A stretch of DNA of 63,560 nt, counting the filler. It is 7 parts of 7 records of this genome, joined end to end, with 100 filler letters (N's around TTAATTAATTAA, not from the genome) between each part and the next. Parts side by side here need not be neighbours in the genome. Positions count along the whole stretch, not along the records: positions 48,860 to 57,013 come from DRR723986_18365; positions 57,114 to 63,560 come from DRR723986_18466; 5 more parts are not named here. One strand, written 5' to 3'. The translations under genes were made by a program, and so were the position numbers. Below the pieces are notes generated by a model, which had not been told where the DNA came from, ran no database searches, and saw nothing but the letters and a program-made list of their open reading frames with translations. Position 1 is the stretch's first letter. Every line of letters starts with the position of its first letter. Positions 48,955-58,475 of this stretch are shown here, piece after piece.

Positions 48955-50490
48955 CTATCCCAACTCCATCACCTTCCCCACCGCCTCTGGCACATCCTCT
49001 GCATAGTGGCTCACATACACCAAGGTCATCTCAGATCGCTCACAGATTTGCTGCACAGTATCCTTAAATAGCCTACGCTGAAACTCATCCATTCCTTGCG
49101 ACGCCTCATCGAGAATTAGCAATTGGGGTTGCTTGATCAACGCTCTAGCAAGTAATGTCCAACGTTGGTTTTCCAGAGAAAGTCGGTTGATAGGAATATT
49201 TGCAAAGCTTGCTAGCTGGAAAAGCTTTATCCAAGATTCAGCCAATGCTTCCTGCTCGGCTGTTACTTTTTTGAATAAACCCATTGTATCAAAAAGCCCC
49301 GAAAGGATAACTTTTCGGCAGGTTTGGTTGGCAGGAAAGAATCGGCTAAGCTCAGGGGCTACAAAACCAGTAGGTCGCTTCACATCCCAAATACTCTCTC
49401 CCGTTCCTCGTTTCCGCCCAAAGAGCCATAGATTTTGAGAATAGGCTTGAGGGTTCTCTCCAACCAACAAACTGATCAAGGTAGATTTCCCAGAACCATT
49501 GGAGCCTTTCAATAACCAACGCTCTCCTGACCTCACCTCCCAGTTGAGGTTTATCAAAATCTGCTTTTCTCCGTATTTGATATGGAGGTTTTCCAGACGA
49601 ATTACTTCTGTATTTTCCTTAGGTCTTTTTGGTAGCAAGGAATCTAATAATCCCCAATCGTAAGAGAGATCTTGCTCGTGTTTGGCGGTCAAATGAAAGT
49701 CAGCTACTTCCCACACATTCTCTATCCCTTTTCCACTTAACTTGGCTACATGAGTAATGCCTTCAGGGATTTCATTTGCTGAAGTAGTCAACAATACCTG
49801 CACACCTTTGGAAATTATAACTTTTAAAATCTCCCCAAACTCTGCCCTGCTTTTGACATCCAAACCAGTCATGGGCTGATCCATCAGGTAGATTTTTGGC
49901 TGACGCATAAGCCCCAGGCCTAGCGCCAATCGTCGGGTTTCCCCATTGGAAAGCAAGAGCAAAGACTTATCCAGCAACTTCTCCAAATGCAATAATTCAG
50001 ATACATTTTCCAAGGTCCATGGCCCTTCAACTTTTGCTTTCACTTCCAATAAATATTCCCGAACAGTGGCCGTTTCTTCAGCTTCTGAGGAATTGAATCG
50101 CTGTTGAAAATAGAAGTTTTGTTGATTGGATTTATTGCGAATTTCGTAGCGCTGAGAGACATAGGCTATCAAGTCTCGGAAAGAATTGATCTCGCCAGAA
50201 AGGGTTTTCTTCTCGGTATATTCCTGTGCAAAAGGTCGATTGATCTGGCCTTTTGGAATCACAGCATTCCCACGGACAGTCTCTATAAAGGCTGTAAGTT
50301 CAGCGCCAGAGCTACCTATTACCGCCCATTGCTGTCCAACTTCCCAATTAAAATCCAGTGATTCAAAAACTTGTTTTCCCTTGGTGAGAACTTGGGCGGA
50401 ATGGATACTAAGTAATGAGGTAGACAAAATAAAATGATTTGAAAATTGAAGATTGGCATTTTCTCCGAAACAGTCAAAATCCGACATCAA
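48955..50490 (-). CDS. ModF-like dual-cassette ABC ATPase; start possibly TTG 50427
   Basis: Two ABC domains: LSNGETRR/MDQP and GSNGSGKST/LDEA/VSH; GESIWDVKR typical of ModF. Confidence 0.85.
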   Translation of the reverse strand: MMSDFDCFGENANLQFSNHFILSTSLLSIHSAQVLTKGKQVFESLDFNWEVGQQWAVIGSSGAELTAFIETVRGNAVIPKGQINRPFAQEYTEKKTLSGEINSFRDLIAYVSQRYEIRNKSNQQNFYFQQRFNSSEAEETATVREYLLEVKAKVEGPWTLENVSELLHLEKLLDKSLLLLSNGETRRLALGLGLMRQPKIYLMDQPMTGLDVKSRAEFGEILKVIISKGVQVLLTTSANEIPEGITHVAKLSGKGIENVWEVADFHLTAKHEQDLSYDWGLLDSLLPKRPKENTEVIRLENLHIKYGEKQILINLNWEVRSGERWLLKGSNGSGKSTLISLLVGENPQAYSQNLWLFGRKRGTGESIWDVKRPTGFVAPELSRFFPANQTCRKVILSGLFDTMGLFKKVTAEQEALAESWIKLFQLASFANIPINRLSLENQRWTLLARALIKQPQLLILDEASQGMDEFQRRLFKDTVQQICERSEMTLVYVSHYAEDVPEAVGKVMELG

Positions 50491-50537
50491 TAAAAATAAG
50501 TATCGGTACTATTATAAATGCTCAACTTAAAAGTAAA

Positions 50538-50663
50538 GCTTCCCGCAGATTCACGCTGAAAAGGAACGCTGATTTACGCTGAACTCCAAGAATTAGCTTA
50601 CCTTCGAAAGCTCAAAAATCTCCGTATATCTGCGAGATTTATCTGCGTATATCTGCGGGAAGC
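50538..50663. repeat. Intergenic inverted-repeat element (CGCAGAT family)
   Basis: GCTTCCCGCAGAT at the left end and ATCTGCGGGAAGC at the right end, with internal ACGCTGA and ATCTGCG repeats. Confidence 0.8.
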
Positions 50664-50670
50664 ATCATTC

Positions 50671-52149
50671 TTATCGATTAAGCTCCAAATAATTGGGCTT
50701 GCGAACGCTATCCTTCGCATCGTAGAGATAATTATACTGCATCATATACTCATCCGCTGGAAGAAAAGAATCATTTGTAGTTTTCAATTTTTCCATCAAA
50801 ACACCTTCCAACTGATGTTGAAGTTCTGATAATGCGGGATCATTAACTAAGTTGCTTTGTTGATAAGGGTCTTTTTGATTGTCATAAAGCAACCAAGGAC
50901 CCTGTAAATCTTTGACGTAAGTATATCTTTTGGTCCGGATTCCACGAAACTCTCTACCACCATTTAGAAATTTCCACTCGTGAAAAGGAACAGGTAGCAT
51001 TATCAAGGCAGCTTCATTTCCCAAATCTTCCCCAGCAAGCAATTCACTGGAAAAATCACTTCCCTCTATACTCTTTGGGGGAGTAATATCACTCAATCCG
51101 AGTAGCGTCGGCAATAAGTCTGGTGTTCCTATTGGGTCATTTACTTTCCTGCTCTTCTCTCCAAATTTTGCTGGGTAACGAATCAACATAGGGACTTTGA
51201 TTGCCTCGTCATACGGTCGCTGCTTTTTCAGCACTCCTTTAGACATCAACATATCACCATGCTCCGAAGTGAAAACAAGGATGGTATTGTCTGCAATACC
51301 TGCTTTATCCAACGCTTCAAGTAAATTACCAATTGCAAAATCTACCGCAGAAGCATGTGCATAATAACCTGCCATCACCCTTCTTGCCGAATCTTGTAAA
51401 GCGAGAGGAACATTTGGACGAACCTCCAAGGTGCTCGCATCATACAAATCCTGGAATTCTTTGGGAGCAGAAAAATAAGGGTCATGCGGCGGTCCATAGG
51501 ACAACATCAACACAAAAGGATTTTCTTTATTCCTATGTATATAGCTAATCGCACTATCCGTCTGTGGGAAAACATCGTAACCTTCCCAAGTATGCTTCAC
51601 ATCATTTTCATCGAAGTAGAAGCTATTGTTATAGTTGTGAGTCACCTCTCTGACTTTCCAATAATCAAAACCTTGTCGCCTATCTTTTGGCACCGGTAAA
51701 TCCCTTGAGCTAAAATGTTGCTCTCCTCTCGCATGGCCATTTAAATGCCATTTGCCAATGTACCCTGTAGCATATCCCTGATCTTTATAGATCTCTGCCA
51801 TAGTCAGGGCTTCATTTGGTAATGGTTTGTCATTGTAAAACACACCATGAGTGAGTGGATATTGTCCGGTTAAAAAGCTCGCTCTCCACGGAGCACAGAC
51901 TGCCATGGTAGTTACTGCATTTTCAAAAATCAAACTCTCAGTAGCAAGCTTGTCTAAATTGGGAGTTTTGATTTGGGTATTTCCCATATAACCAACTTCC
52001 TGAGCTCTCCACTGATCGGCAAGAATGATGATTACGTTTGGCTTTGCTTGGATTTCGCTGGATTCCTGATTTGGCTTGCTACAGCCGTAAAGCAAATGAG
52101 TAATTAGTAGAGAAAAAGCAAAAAATCTAATGAGAGATTGGGTTTTCAT
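50671..52149 (-). CDS. Formylglycine-dependent (Cys-type) sulfatase lipoprotein
   Basis: Lipobox LLYG|C, PNVIIILADQ, CAPWRASFLTG, GKWH, PPHDP, SEHG. Confidence 0.93.
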   Translation of the reverse strand: MKTQSLIRFFAFSLLITHLLYGCSKPNQESSEIQAKPNVIIILADQWRAQEVGYMGNTQIKTPNLDKLATESLIFENAVTTMAVCAPWRASFLTGQYPLTHGVFYNDKPLPNEALTMAEIYKDQGYATGYIGKWHLNGHARGEQHFSSRDLPVPKDRRQGFDYWKVREVTHNYNNSFYFDENDVKHTWEGYDVFPQTDSAISYIHRNKENPFVLMLSYGPPHDPYFSAPKEFQDLYDASTLEVRPNVPLALQDSARRVMAGYYAHASAVDFAIGNLLEALDKAGIADNTILVFTSEHGDMLMSKGVLKKQRPYDEAIKVPMLIRYPAKFGEKSRKVNDPIGTPDLLPTLLGLSDITPPKSIEGSDFSSELLAGEDLGNEAALIMLPVPFHEWKFLNGGREFRGIRTKRYTYVKDLQGPWLLYDNQKDPYQQSNLVNDPALSELQHQLEGVLMEKLKTTNDSFLPADEYMMQYNYLYDAKDSVRKPNYLELNR

Positions 52150-52242
52150 GCGACAGGATTAGAAAAGATAAAACCTAAAATAATCTTCACTAAAATAGGT
52201 AAACCAGTCCTCATCCTATCCTGTCCTAACCTGTCTTTACAT

Positions 52243-52695
52243 TTAGACTTTGTTTTTACTATCCATTATAATGGTAACAGGACCATCATTGACCAAGGAA
52301 ACTTTCATATCTGCCCCGAATTCACCGGTACCGATTGATTTCCCAAGTTCCGATTCCAACGAGACAATCATTTTCTCATACATAGGAATCGCAATATCAG
52401 GTTTGGCCGCTTTGATATAGGAAGGTCGATTTCCCTTTTTCGTACTTGCATGAAGTGTAAACTGGGAAATCAGTAAAATCTCTCCGTTGATATCAAATAG
52501 GCTCTTATTCATCACTTCATTTTCATCTGGAAAAATCCTGAGATTTGTAATTTTCTTCGTTAGCCAAGTAATATCCTCTTCCGAATCAGCCTCTTCTATT
52601 CCCAGTAAAATCATCAATCCTGTTCCTATTTCGGCTTTTACTCTCCCATCAATTTTAACGGAAGCCTCAGATACTCTTTGAATAACTACTATCAT
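52243..52695 (-). CDS. dtd: D-aminoacyl-tRNA deacylase
   Basis: VIQRV, SQFTL, KGNRPS, GEFGADM, NDGPVT. Confidence 0.96.
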   Translation of the reverse strand: MIVVIQRVSEASVKIDGRVKAEIGTGLMILLGIEEADSEEDITWLTKKITNLRIFPDENEVMNKSLFDINGEILLISQFTLHASTKKGNRPSYIKAAKPDIAIPMYEKMIVSLESELGKSIGTGEFGADMKVSLVNDGPVTIIMDSKNKV

Positions 52696-53411
52696 TTGCT
52701 TAGGTCTTGCATTTCTCCGGAGGAGATCACTTCTATAGAATTTGATTTTTGCGTCAGCGCAGTTTTCACTAAAGCCTTGGCCACTTGAAAATCATAGATC
52801 GGACGAATATTCTTAAATAGCTTTAACCAAATCAAAGGCTTCATCACTACCTGAGCGACTTGCTCTCCCAGTCGAAACTCATTTCTATTCCCCATCAATA
52901 AAGAGGGCCTGAATAAACCCAAATAGCTAAATCCGATTGCTTTGAGATCTTCTTCGGTTTTACCTTTTGTTTGACTATAAAAAATCGAGGATTTCGCATC
53001 AGCACCCGAGGAGGAAACATAAAGGAATTTGGATGCTCCCAAAGTCTTTGCCCACTTGGCAAAATCAATCACCAAATCATGATCAATAGCAAAAAACTTC
53101 TCCTTTGATCCTGCTTGTTTTATGGTAGTGCCTAGTGCGGAAAATGCGTGTAATTCTGCCGTTTTCTTATTCAGCGCATCTATAAGAGGAAAATTCTCTC
53201 CACTTAAACTCTGCTCGGCAATTTTAGCTTCCCAGTCCCAGCTTTCAATTTTCGCGATATCACCTTCTATCTGAACAAGCTTTTGTTGCTTTATAGCGAG
53301 CTTTCTTCTGCCGATACTCAGGACATAATCATATTCTTCACTTTTAAAAAGTTGGTGAAGAATAGCCTTGCCTACAAGACCAGAACCTCCAGAAATCAGT
53401 GCAATTCGCAT
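52692..53411 (-). CDS. NAD(P)-binding Rossmann protein (YraR/TIP30-like)
   Basis: GGSGLVG, LGTTIKQAGS, FYSQTKG, RPSLL. Confidence 0.85.
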   Translation of the reverse strand: MRIALISGGSGLVGKAILHQLFKSEEYDYVLSIGRRKLAIKQQKLVQIEGDIAKIESWDWEAKIAEQSLSGENFPLIDALNKKTAELHAFSALGTTIKQAGSKEKFFAIDHDLVIDFAKWAKTLGASKFLYVSSSGADAKSSIFYSQTKGKTEEDLKAIGFSYLGLFRPSLLMGNRNEFRLGEQVAQVVMKPLIWLKLFKNIRPIYDFQVAKALVKTALTQKSNSIEVISSGEMQDLSK

Positions 53412-53414
53412 AAT

Positions 53415-54035
53415 TTATATAGTTGAAGCAATCAGCGGGATCAATTCCTCTGATATTGCTTTGTTTTTATCTCGTGCATACCAAAGATGCGTCCCCTCAG
53501 AGAACTCCTTTGATGTAACATTCTGTGGATCGAGTTTGTAAGCTTTCAAACGGTTTTGAAGAAACTCAGGTCTTGGCCCCCAAACAAAAAGCTCTTTACT
53601 CAAATCCCCAGTCAAGCCAATCAAAATCGGAATTGATCTAGCTCCCTCGGTAAGGTAAGCATCCATCAGATCCGGATTCTCATCACGCAACACAAATTTC
53701 AATTTGATCAGTGGATTCAATTCAGCCAGTTTGGCCATTAATGGCAAACTTTGAGCTGCATCTCCGCACCAAGCTTCAGTGATCACCAGCCATACTTGAG
53801 GAGAAGAAATTGATTTAACTACTTTCTCCAATTCCGGTGAAACCTTTGCCGTTTTATCCCAGCGATTCATCCGCTGCACATTCATCCTGGTGTAATTCAA
53901 ATTACCTTCTGAATGATTACTTCCGGTAGTCTTGTTTTCAGCCAAAAGCCGATCAATCATTTCTCTGTATTCTGAGTATGTCTGAGCCGAATCAATTAGC
54001 TCAGGAGAAATCAATAATGTTTGTTGGTCTAGCAT
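53415..54035 (-). CDS. Thioredoxin-family protein
   Basis: TEAWCGDA, GARSIP, WGPRP. Confidence 0.88.
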   Translation of the reverse strand: MLDQQTLLISPELIDSAQTYSEYREMIDRLLAENKTTGSNHSEGNLNYTRMNVQRMNRWDKTAKVSPELEKVVKSISSPQVWLVITEAWCGDAAQSLPLMAKLAELNPLIKLKFVLRDENPDLMDAYLTEGARSIPILIGLTGDLSKELFVWGPRPEFLQNRLKAYKLDPQNVTSKEFSEGTHLWYARDKNKAISEELIPLIASTI

Positions 54036-54066
54036 TTCCTGTGATTTTGGAGACTAACAGACCTAA

Positions 54067-54486
54067 CTAGTCTTGAGTTCTCTCCCAATCCAAAAAATCT
54101 TCAATTTCATCTTTTACTTTGGCATAAATAGCCAAGACAACGCTTAGATCATCTGCAAAGCCAAAAAAACCCAAAAAGTCAGGAATGATATCAATGGGTG
54201 AAATAAAGTAAACTAAAGCTAAAAGTACCAAGCCAAGAGTACTATTGGTCAATTTATGCGCTCCATTAAAATGTGCCTTGATCATGCGGATAAAGACTGA
54301 TAAAGGCTCAATAAGTTTTTTTACTCGTGGATTATCCCCAACACTTGAAAGCTTATGTCCAACTCCAGCAATTAACTCCGTCACTTTTTCTTTTTGCTTT
54401 ATGAGTGCATCTACCTTTTTACCAAAAAGTGCTTTGGCATTATCGATAGTTGCGGAAGTCTTTGCTTTTAAGCTGCTCATTTTCAA
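54067..54486 (-). CDS. YkvA/DUF1232 family protein
   Basis: ALVYFISPIDIIPDFLGFFGFADD. Confidence 0.88.
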   Translation of the reverse strand: MKMSSLKAKTSATIDNAKALFGKKVDALIKQKEKVTELIAGVGHKLSSVGDNPRVKKLIEPLSVFIRMIKAHFNGAHKLTNSTLGLVLLALVYFISPIDIIPDFLGFFGFADDLSVVLAIYAKVKDEIEDFLDWERTQD

Positions 54487-55004
54487 AAGTAAATTTGAAT
54501 TTCTGATTTCACTTGTTTCAACGCATATCCGATCGGATCGTTCTTTCTATCTAAAGCTTGCGCAAAAATCGCTTTAGCCATATCCAGCCCAGTAGCTTCC
54601 TCATTAAGTATTTGTCGGCTTTGATTGATGATTGTAGTCACTTCTTCTACAGCTCTTTTTACTGCTTCCCAAGTTTCCTCAGAAAAATACACTTGCTGGG
54701 AAAAATTATGATTGAATTCCTCACGAACTTCAGCAAGCAAAAGAGAGTGTAATTCACCTGAAGTCAGACCTCCTGGATTAGATCTTCTCACCAAATTATT
54801 TGGAGTAATTCGCTCCAAAAACAGGCAAATGCGCTCTGCCGCCTGTAGTCGAATGGGAAGAATGGTTTGAGAATTTTGGGTTTTCAACTCCACCAGTGTC
54901 TTTTCCCTTTCCTTTGAAAGAAAAGAAACGACCACTAGATACATTCCATAAAGGACTATGCCTGCTGGCAAAAGAATTTTCAATAAATCGACTGCGTATT
55001 CCAT
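54483..55004 (-). CDS. Conserved Bacteroidota membrane-anchored hypothetical protein
   Basis: N-terminal TM, LPIRLQAAERI..FLERI, REEFNHNFSQQVY. Confidence 0.75.
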   Translation of the reverse strand: MEYAVDLLKILLPAGIVLYGMYLVVVSFLSKEREKTLVELKTQNSQTILPIRLQAAERICLFLERITPNNLVRRSNPGGLTSGELHSLLLAEVREEFNHNFSQQVYFSEETWEAVKRAVEEVTTIINQSRQILNEEATGLDMAKAIFAQALDRKNDPIGYALKQVKSEIQIYF

Positions 55005-55064
55005 TTTTGGGGATTAAACTCGAATTTGCACAAATTATCCCCGTCAAAAAACATAAGGGGAATG

Positions 55065-55072
55065 TAAATTTG
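55065..55072 (+). promoter_or_regulatory. Bacteroidota -7 element TAnnTTTG
   Basis: TAAATTTG about 40 bp upstream of the HesB/IscA gene. Confidence 0.45.
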
Positions 55073-55114
55073 TATTGACGCGAACCAATTCCCTGCCAAA
55101 ATCATTTTCACCAC

Positions 55115-55429
55115 ATGATAATTCCAATAAAGATCACCGAAAAGGCAGAAGCTGAGATCAAAAATATCATGGCCAATAAGAACATCCCTGCTGACTATCA
55201 CCTACGAGTGGGCGTGAAGGGTGGCGGATGTGGTGGTATGTCCTACGCTTTGGGTTTTGACAAGCCGAAGGAAGAAGATCAGAAATTTGAGTTAGCTGGG
55301 ATTCCAGTTCTGATTGAGAAAAAGCATTTTATGTTTTTGATGGGAATGCAGATTGATTTTTTTGAAGGAGACGAGGCTAGAGGATTTACGTTCGTGAATC
55401 CCGAGATTCCAAAGAGACATGATGTGTAA
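55115..55429 (+). CDS. HesB/IscA Fe-S assembly accessory protein
   Basis: LRVGVKGGGCGGMSY, GFTFVNP; the C-terminal CGCG motif is absent. Confidence 0.85.
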   Translation: MIIPIKITEKAEAEIKNIMANKNIPADYHLRVGVKGGGCGGMSYALGFDKPKEEDQKFELAGIPVLIEKKHFMFLMGMQIDFFEGDEARGFTFVNPEIPKRHDV

Positions 55430-55585
55430 TTTTCATTTTTAACCGCGAAGGAAACGAAGGTTTCGCAGAGAACGCAATTGAAAAATTTGTTCTGCTTCTC
55501 CAGAAGCTGGAATAAAATAGCTCTTCATAATCGGAGCATTATCCTCAGAATTTTTAATAAATTCATACAGAACAAAACCTTTCCT

Positions 55586-56080
55586 ATGAAAAAGTTAATA
55601 TTCTCATCCATCCTATTCTTCACCTCTTTCTTAGCTTTTTCTCAGGTGAAGCAACTCGAAAAGGATCAAGAGCCCGGTAAAGGACATGTCTCTGACTTGG
55701 ATTGGCTGGAAGGTTTTTGGACCGGAACTGGTTTTGGTGGAGAATGCGAGGAAGTTTGGATGCCAGCAGTAGATGGGAATATGATTGGGACTTTTCGCTT
55801 TTGGAGTGAAGGCAAACTTGTCTTTTCTGAATTCATGAATATTGTGCAAGAGGGAGAGACTTTTTCATTGAAGCTCAAGCATTTTAATGCAGATCTTTCA
55901 CCTTGGGAGGAAAAAGACAAATGGATCACATTTCGATTGGTGGAAGTTGCTGAGAACACCGTTTATTTTCACGGTTTGACCATGAAGCGTGTGGGCGACG
56001 AAATCAAACTCTGGCTTGCTATGACCGAAGACGGGGTCAGTACAATTGAGGAATTGAAATACGTAAAGCGGGAGTTTTAA
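55586..56080 (+). CDS. Secreted protein, DUF6265-like
   Basis: Signal MKKLIFSSILFFTSFLAFS|Q, LDWLEGFWTG, EEVW, LKHF...WEEKD. Confidence 0.7.
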   Translation: MKKLIFSSILFFTSFLAFSQVKQLEKDQEPGKGHVSDLDWLEGFWTGTGFGGECEEVWMPAVDGNMIGTFRFWSEGKLVFSEFMNIVQEGETFSLKLKHFNADLSPWEEKDKWITFRLVEVAENTVYFHGLTMKRVGDEIKLWLAMTEDGVSTIEELKYVKREF

Positions 56081-56139
56081 CAGTAGCGGATTTCAATACA
56101 ATTTCAATTCATTGGAAACCAATTATAGTATAACATCAT

Positions 56140-56770
56140 TTTGATTTCGTCCTTTCAGGACTACATTAGTTCATCTTTCCTCTATACTACAACCATCACT
56201 GGGGTATTTGCCCCTTTCAGAGCCAAAAAACCAACTCTTTACCCGAATAAATTACATCTGGCGTTGGAAAATTTGATTCTTAAGAGCTTGTTGGAATCAA
56301 TAGCAATCGCATCATTAAATTCACTTGCCCTGTAAGGGCAAGATAACAAAGCAACGGTCGCTAGGCCGTTGTAAGGTTTAAGAAACATTCATTTTTAAAG
56401 CCCTGAAAGGGCGCAATAACCTATGGGACAGTCTCTGGTAAAAATTATGTGCACATTATTTTTAGCACGAAGAACTGGGCCATTCATCCATCGCAATTGG
56501 CAAGGTGGCTACGACGCATTTTCAGTTAATCAGAGCCAGATTGAAATTGTTAGTATTTATATACAAAACCAACGAGAGCATCATGTAAGCAAAACTTTTC
56601 AAGAGGAATACAGAGCATTTATAAAAAAAATATAAGGTAGACTATGACGAGAGGTATGTTTGGGGCTAATGCTTTAATCACGCCCTTTCAGGGCTTAGAT
56701 AAATATCTATCTATTGATATCATCGATGGGCTTCACCCATCGCTGAGGTATTTAGCCCTTTCAGGGCTGA
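56140..56770. repeat. Cluster of GCCCTGAAAGGGC / GCCCTTTCAGGGC REP palindromes around the transposase remnant
   Basis: Copies near 56148, 56210, 56327, 56400, 56682, 56755. Confidence 0.85.
56423..56669 (+). pseudogene. tnpA: Decayed IS200/IS605-type Y1 (REP-associated) transposase
   Basis: MGQSLVK, frameshift, YVHIIFSTKN; central HUH region missing; WQGGYDAFSV..YIQNQREHH..FQEEY, frameshift, YKVDYDERYVWG stop. Confidence 0.85.
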
Positions 56771-56915
56771 ATTAAAAGGCTTAAATTTTCTTGAAAATCA
56801 ATTGCACTTTACCTGCACAGATGATGTGTTTCACCAATAACACCTCCGGAATAGGGTCTGAAGAACATGGATTTTAATAGTTTGACTTGGCACTGCAATT
56901 CTGATGTCATCAATC

Positions 56916-57013
56916 TTAACTCTCAAAACCTGGCTTTACATTACTCCAAAACTCATCCAAGGCGATGATTCTGGGTTTGAGGAATGAAATGATCTCTGGC
57001 CAATCTGCTTCAT
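56916..57013 (-). CDS. C-terminal fragment, DUF4268-like protein
   Basis: My translation: EADWPEIISFLKPRIIALDEFWSNVKPGFES stop; truncated by the linker. Confidence 0.6.
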
Positions 57014-57113
57014 NNNNNNNNNNNNNNNNNNNNNNNNNNNNNNNNNNNNNNNNNNNNTTAATTAATTAANNNNNNNNNNNNNNNNNNNNNNNNNNNNNNN
57101 NNNNNNNNNNNNN
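57014..57113. other. Artificial contig linker
   Basis: N-TTAATTAATTAA-N. Confidence 0.99.
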
Positions 57114-57320
57114 AGACAGCGCTTCGCGCTTCCTCAGGATGAGAGGAGGAAGAGGTGCCGCATTGAAGATTGTCACCCCGGACAAGCGCAGCGCAGATCC
57201 GGGGTCCACTCTCAGCGCCGCTTGTTAACGCCGTGGGGGTTTCGCAGACGCCTCAGCACCAAACCGAATCTCTGGCAACGAGTAGGCCTCGGGCTCCCTT
57301 CGGTCGCCCAGGGTAACAAC
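57114..57320. repeat. Alphaproteobacterial REP elements
   Basis: CTTCGCGCTTCCTCAGGATGAG; TGTCACCCCGGACAAGCGCAGCGCAGATCCGGGGTCC with partner ..GCCCAGGGTAACAA. Confidence 0.75.
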
Positions 57321-57393
57321 CGAGACAGCGGCTAAGCTGCGTCAATCAGGACTGGTTACCTTGCCGGAATGAGGATGCGCGGTCAGTCTGCCC

Positions 57394-58452
57394 CTAACTC
57401 AGCCCCAGCATCTTCCGGATCTGCTCCTGGTCGGTCTCGCCGCCGGCGAAGTCGTCGAAGGCCTTGTCGGTGACTTCGATGATGTGGTGCTCGATGAAGG
57501 GTGCCCCTTCCGCAGCGCCCTGTTCGGGTGACTTCAGGCAGCATTCCCATTCCAGGACGGCCCAGCTGTCATAGCCATGTTGGGCGAGCTTGGAGAAGAT
57601 GCCGGAAAAATCCACCTGGCCATCCCCCAGGGACCGGAACCGGCCCGCGCGGTTGACCCAGCCCTGATAGCCGGAATAGACGCCCTGGCGGCCGTCCGGA
57701 TTGAACTCTGCATCCTTCACGTGATAGGCGCAGATGCGCTCGTGGTAGATGTCTATGAACGCCAGATAGTCGAGCTGCTGCAGCAGGAAGTGCGACGGAT
57801 CGTAGTTGATCTGGCAGCGCGTGTGACCGCCGAGCGCCTCCAGGAACATCTCGAAGGTGGCGCCGTCGAAGACGTCCTCGCCGGGATGGATTTCATAGCC
57901 GACATCGACACCGTTTTCGTCATAGACATCGAGGATCGGTTTCCAGCGTGCCGCCAGTTCCTTGAACGCTTCCTCGATCAGCCCCGCAGGCCGTTGCGGC
58001 CAGGGGTAGAGATAGGGGAACGCCAGCGAACCGGTGAAGCTGACGGAAGCAGTGAGGCCGAGCCGCTTGCTGGCGACCGCCGCCTTTTTCATCTGGTCGA
58101 CCGCCCAGGCCTGCCGGGCTTTCGGATTGCCGTGCACTTGGGATGGTGCAAAGCCGTCAAAGGCCAGGTCATAGGCCGGGTGAACCGCCACGAGCTGGCC
58201 CTGCAGATGGGTCGAAAGCTCGGTAATCTCGACGCCGGCGTCCGCGCAGATGCCTTTGACCTCGTCGCAATAGGTTTCGCTTTCGGCGGCCTTGTCGAGG
58301 TCGAACAGGCGACTGTCGAAAGTCGGGATCTGAATGCCCTTGTAGCCGAGATCCGCAGCCCATTTGGCGATTGCGGGAAGTGAATTGAACGGAGCGTCGT
58401 CTCCGGCAAACTGGGCCAGGAAAATCGCGGGCCCCTTGATCAGTCCAGCCAT
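57394..58452 (-). CDS. Sugar phosphate isomerase/epimerase family TIM barrel
   Basis: GPAIFLAQF, YEIHPGED, YDPSH, YHVKDAEF, FRSLGDG, VLEWEC; AAGGAG RBS before ATG 58452. Confidence 0.88.
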   Translation of the reverse strand: MAGLIKGPAIFLAQFAGDDAPFNSLPAIAKWAADLGYKGIQIPTFDSRLFDLDKAAESETYCDEVKGICADAGVEITELSTHLQGQLVAVHPAYDLAFDGFAPSQVHGNPKARQAWAVDQMKKAAVASKRLGLTASVSFTGSLAFPYLYPWPQRPAGLIEEAFKELAARWKPILDVYDENGVDVGYEIHPGEDVFDGATFEMFLEALGGHTRCQINYDPSHFLLQQLDYLAFIDIYHERICAYHVKDAEFNPDGRQGVYSGYQGWVNRAGRFRSLGDGQVDFSGIFSKLAQHGYDSWAVLEWECCLKSPEQGAAEGAPFIEHHIIEVTDKAFDDFAGGETDQEQIRKMLGLS

Positions 58453-58475
58453 GTATATCTCCTTAGGGTGTGAAC

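Noticed and set aside
21053-57113. Six regularly recurring TTAATTAATTAA motifs within N runs
   Set aside because: Artificial concatenation linkers, not biological repeats; ORFs running into them (for example 28195..29130, 42645..43160) are artefacts
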